From the NCBI RefSeq assembly GCF_001194135.2, contig NC_068998.1, forward strand, positions 46,816,819 to 46,850,496: DNA of 33,678 nt, written 5' to 3'. The translations under genes and the position numbers were made by a program. This DNA is from Octopus bimaculoides (taxonomy: Eukaryota). Each line of letters begins with the position of its first letter. Within the stretch, counting starts at the first letter, position 1. Below are positions 33,056 to 33,678 of this stretch, piece after piece. The notes beneath the pieces are model-generated. The model was not told the origin of the DNA and did not search any database. It saw nothing but the letters and a program-made list of their open reading frames with translations.

Positions 33056-33678
33056 TATATATATATATAGGTACACATATATGTATACATGTATATATGT
33101 ACACATATATATGTTTACATGTATGTTCATATATGTATATAAAACTAGATAGACGTACTAACTAGATATGTAAAAACACGCACACACACACACACACATG
33201 CACGCACACAAATACACACACGCACACACGCACACACGCACGCACGCACACATATACATGTATAAATTCATAAATTGATAGATTACCCAGACGTTTGAAA
33301 TTGAATATTATCAACCAGGAAAAACAAAAACAAATAATGTTATCTAAAACCACGCGTCTATAATTTTATTTCTGAAACAAACAACCATTAACAGACCGTC
33401 TAGCTCATCTCACTTAGCATGAGTTTAATAACGTAACTTAGATAAAGAGTAATTGCTATAACCATATTATATAATGCAATATTGTATAACATGATATTAT
33501 ATACATGTGTGTATATACAAATACATACACCTATATATATATATGTGTGTGTGTGAACATTATTAATGCCCCAAACTTAACATAGATGTGATGTTTGTTT
33601 AAAAGTTAGAAACTGCGGGTTTTTGTTCCGGAAATCTCCCTTCAAAGACGTATGGTGTTACCAAAAAGCACCCCGCCC

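Noticed and set aside
487-33353. Numerous YI/HT/CV-rich and X-containing ORFs
   Set aside because: Translations of (TA)n, (CA)n, (TG)n and N gaps.
1-33678. CRISPR array, prokaryotic operon or telomeric repeat
   Set aside because: No regularly spaced repeat-spacer units, no long coding ORFs and no (TTAGGG)n. All features indicate animal repetitive DNA.

Overview
AT-rich, gap-ridden (11 N-runs) eukaryotic non-genic DNA. No host protein-coding exon, rRNA, true tRNA or CRISPR array can be supported. The repeat repertoire strongly suggests an octopus genome; this is inferred from the SINE families and the microsatellite load. The window is a mosaic of five classes. (1) (TA)n, (CA)n, (TATC)n and trinucleotide microsatellites. 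(2) At least three tRNA-derived SINE families. (3) Decayed LINE fragments of R4/Dong-like, CR1-like and RTE-like type. (4) Dead IS630-Tc1-mariner transposases of DD37D-like, mariner-like and DD41D type, plus several MITEs. (5) Seven loci carrying hammerhead-ribozyme (HHR)-like cores (CTGANGA..stem II..GAAA), at least one in a Penelope-type inverted-repeat structure. The HHR set is the most interesting signal. The best locus (28551-28612) has every catalytic core base and a GUC cleavage triplet but an imperfect stem III. All long ORFs in the supplied track are microsatellite or gap read-throughs, or transposon relics. Element boundaries were read by eye and are approximate unless a TSD or TIR is quoted.
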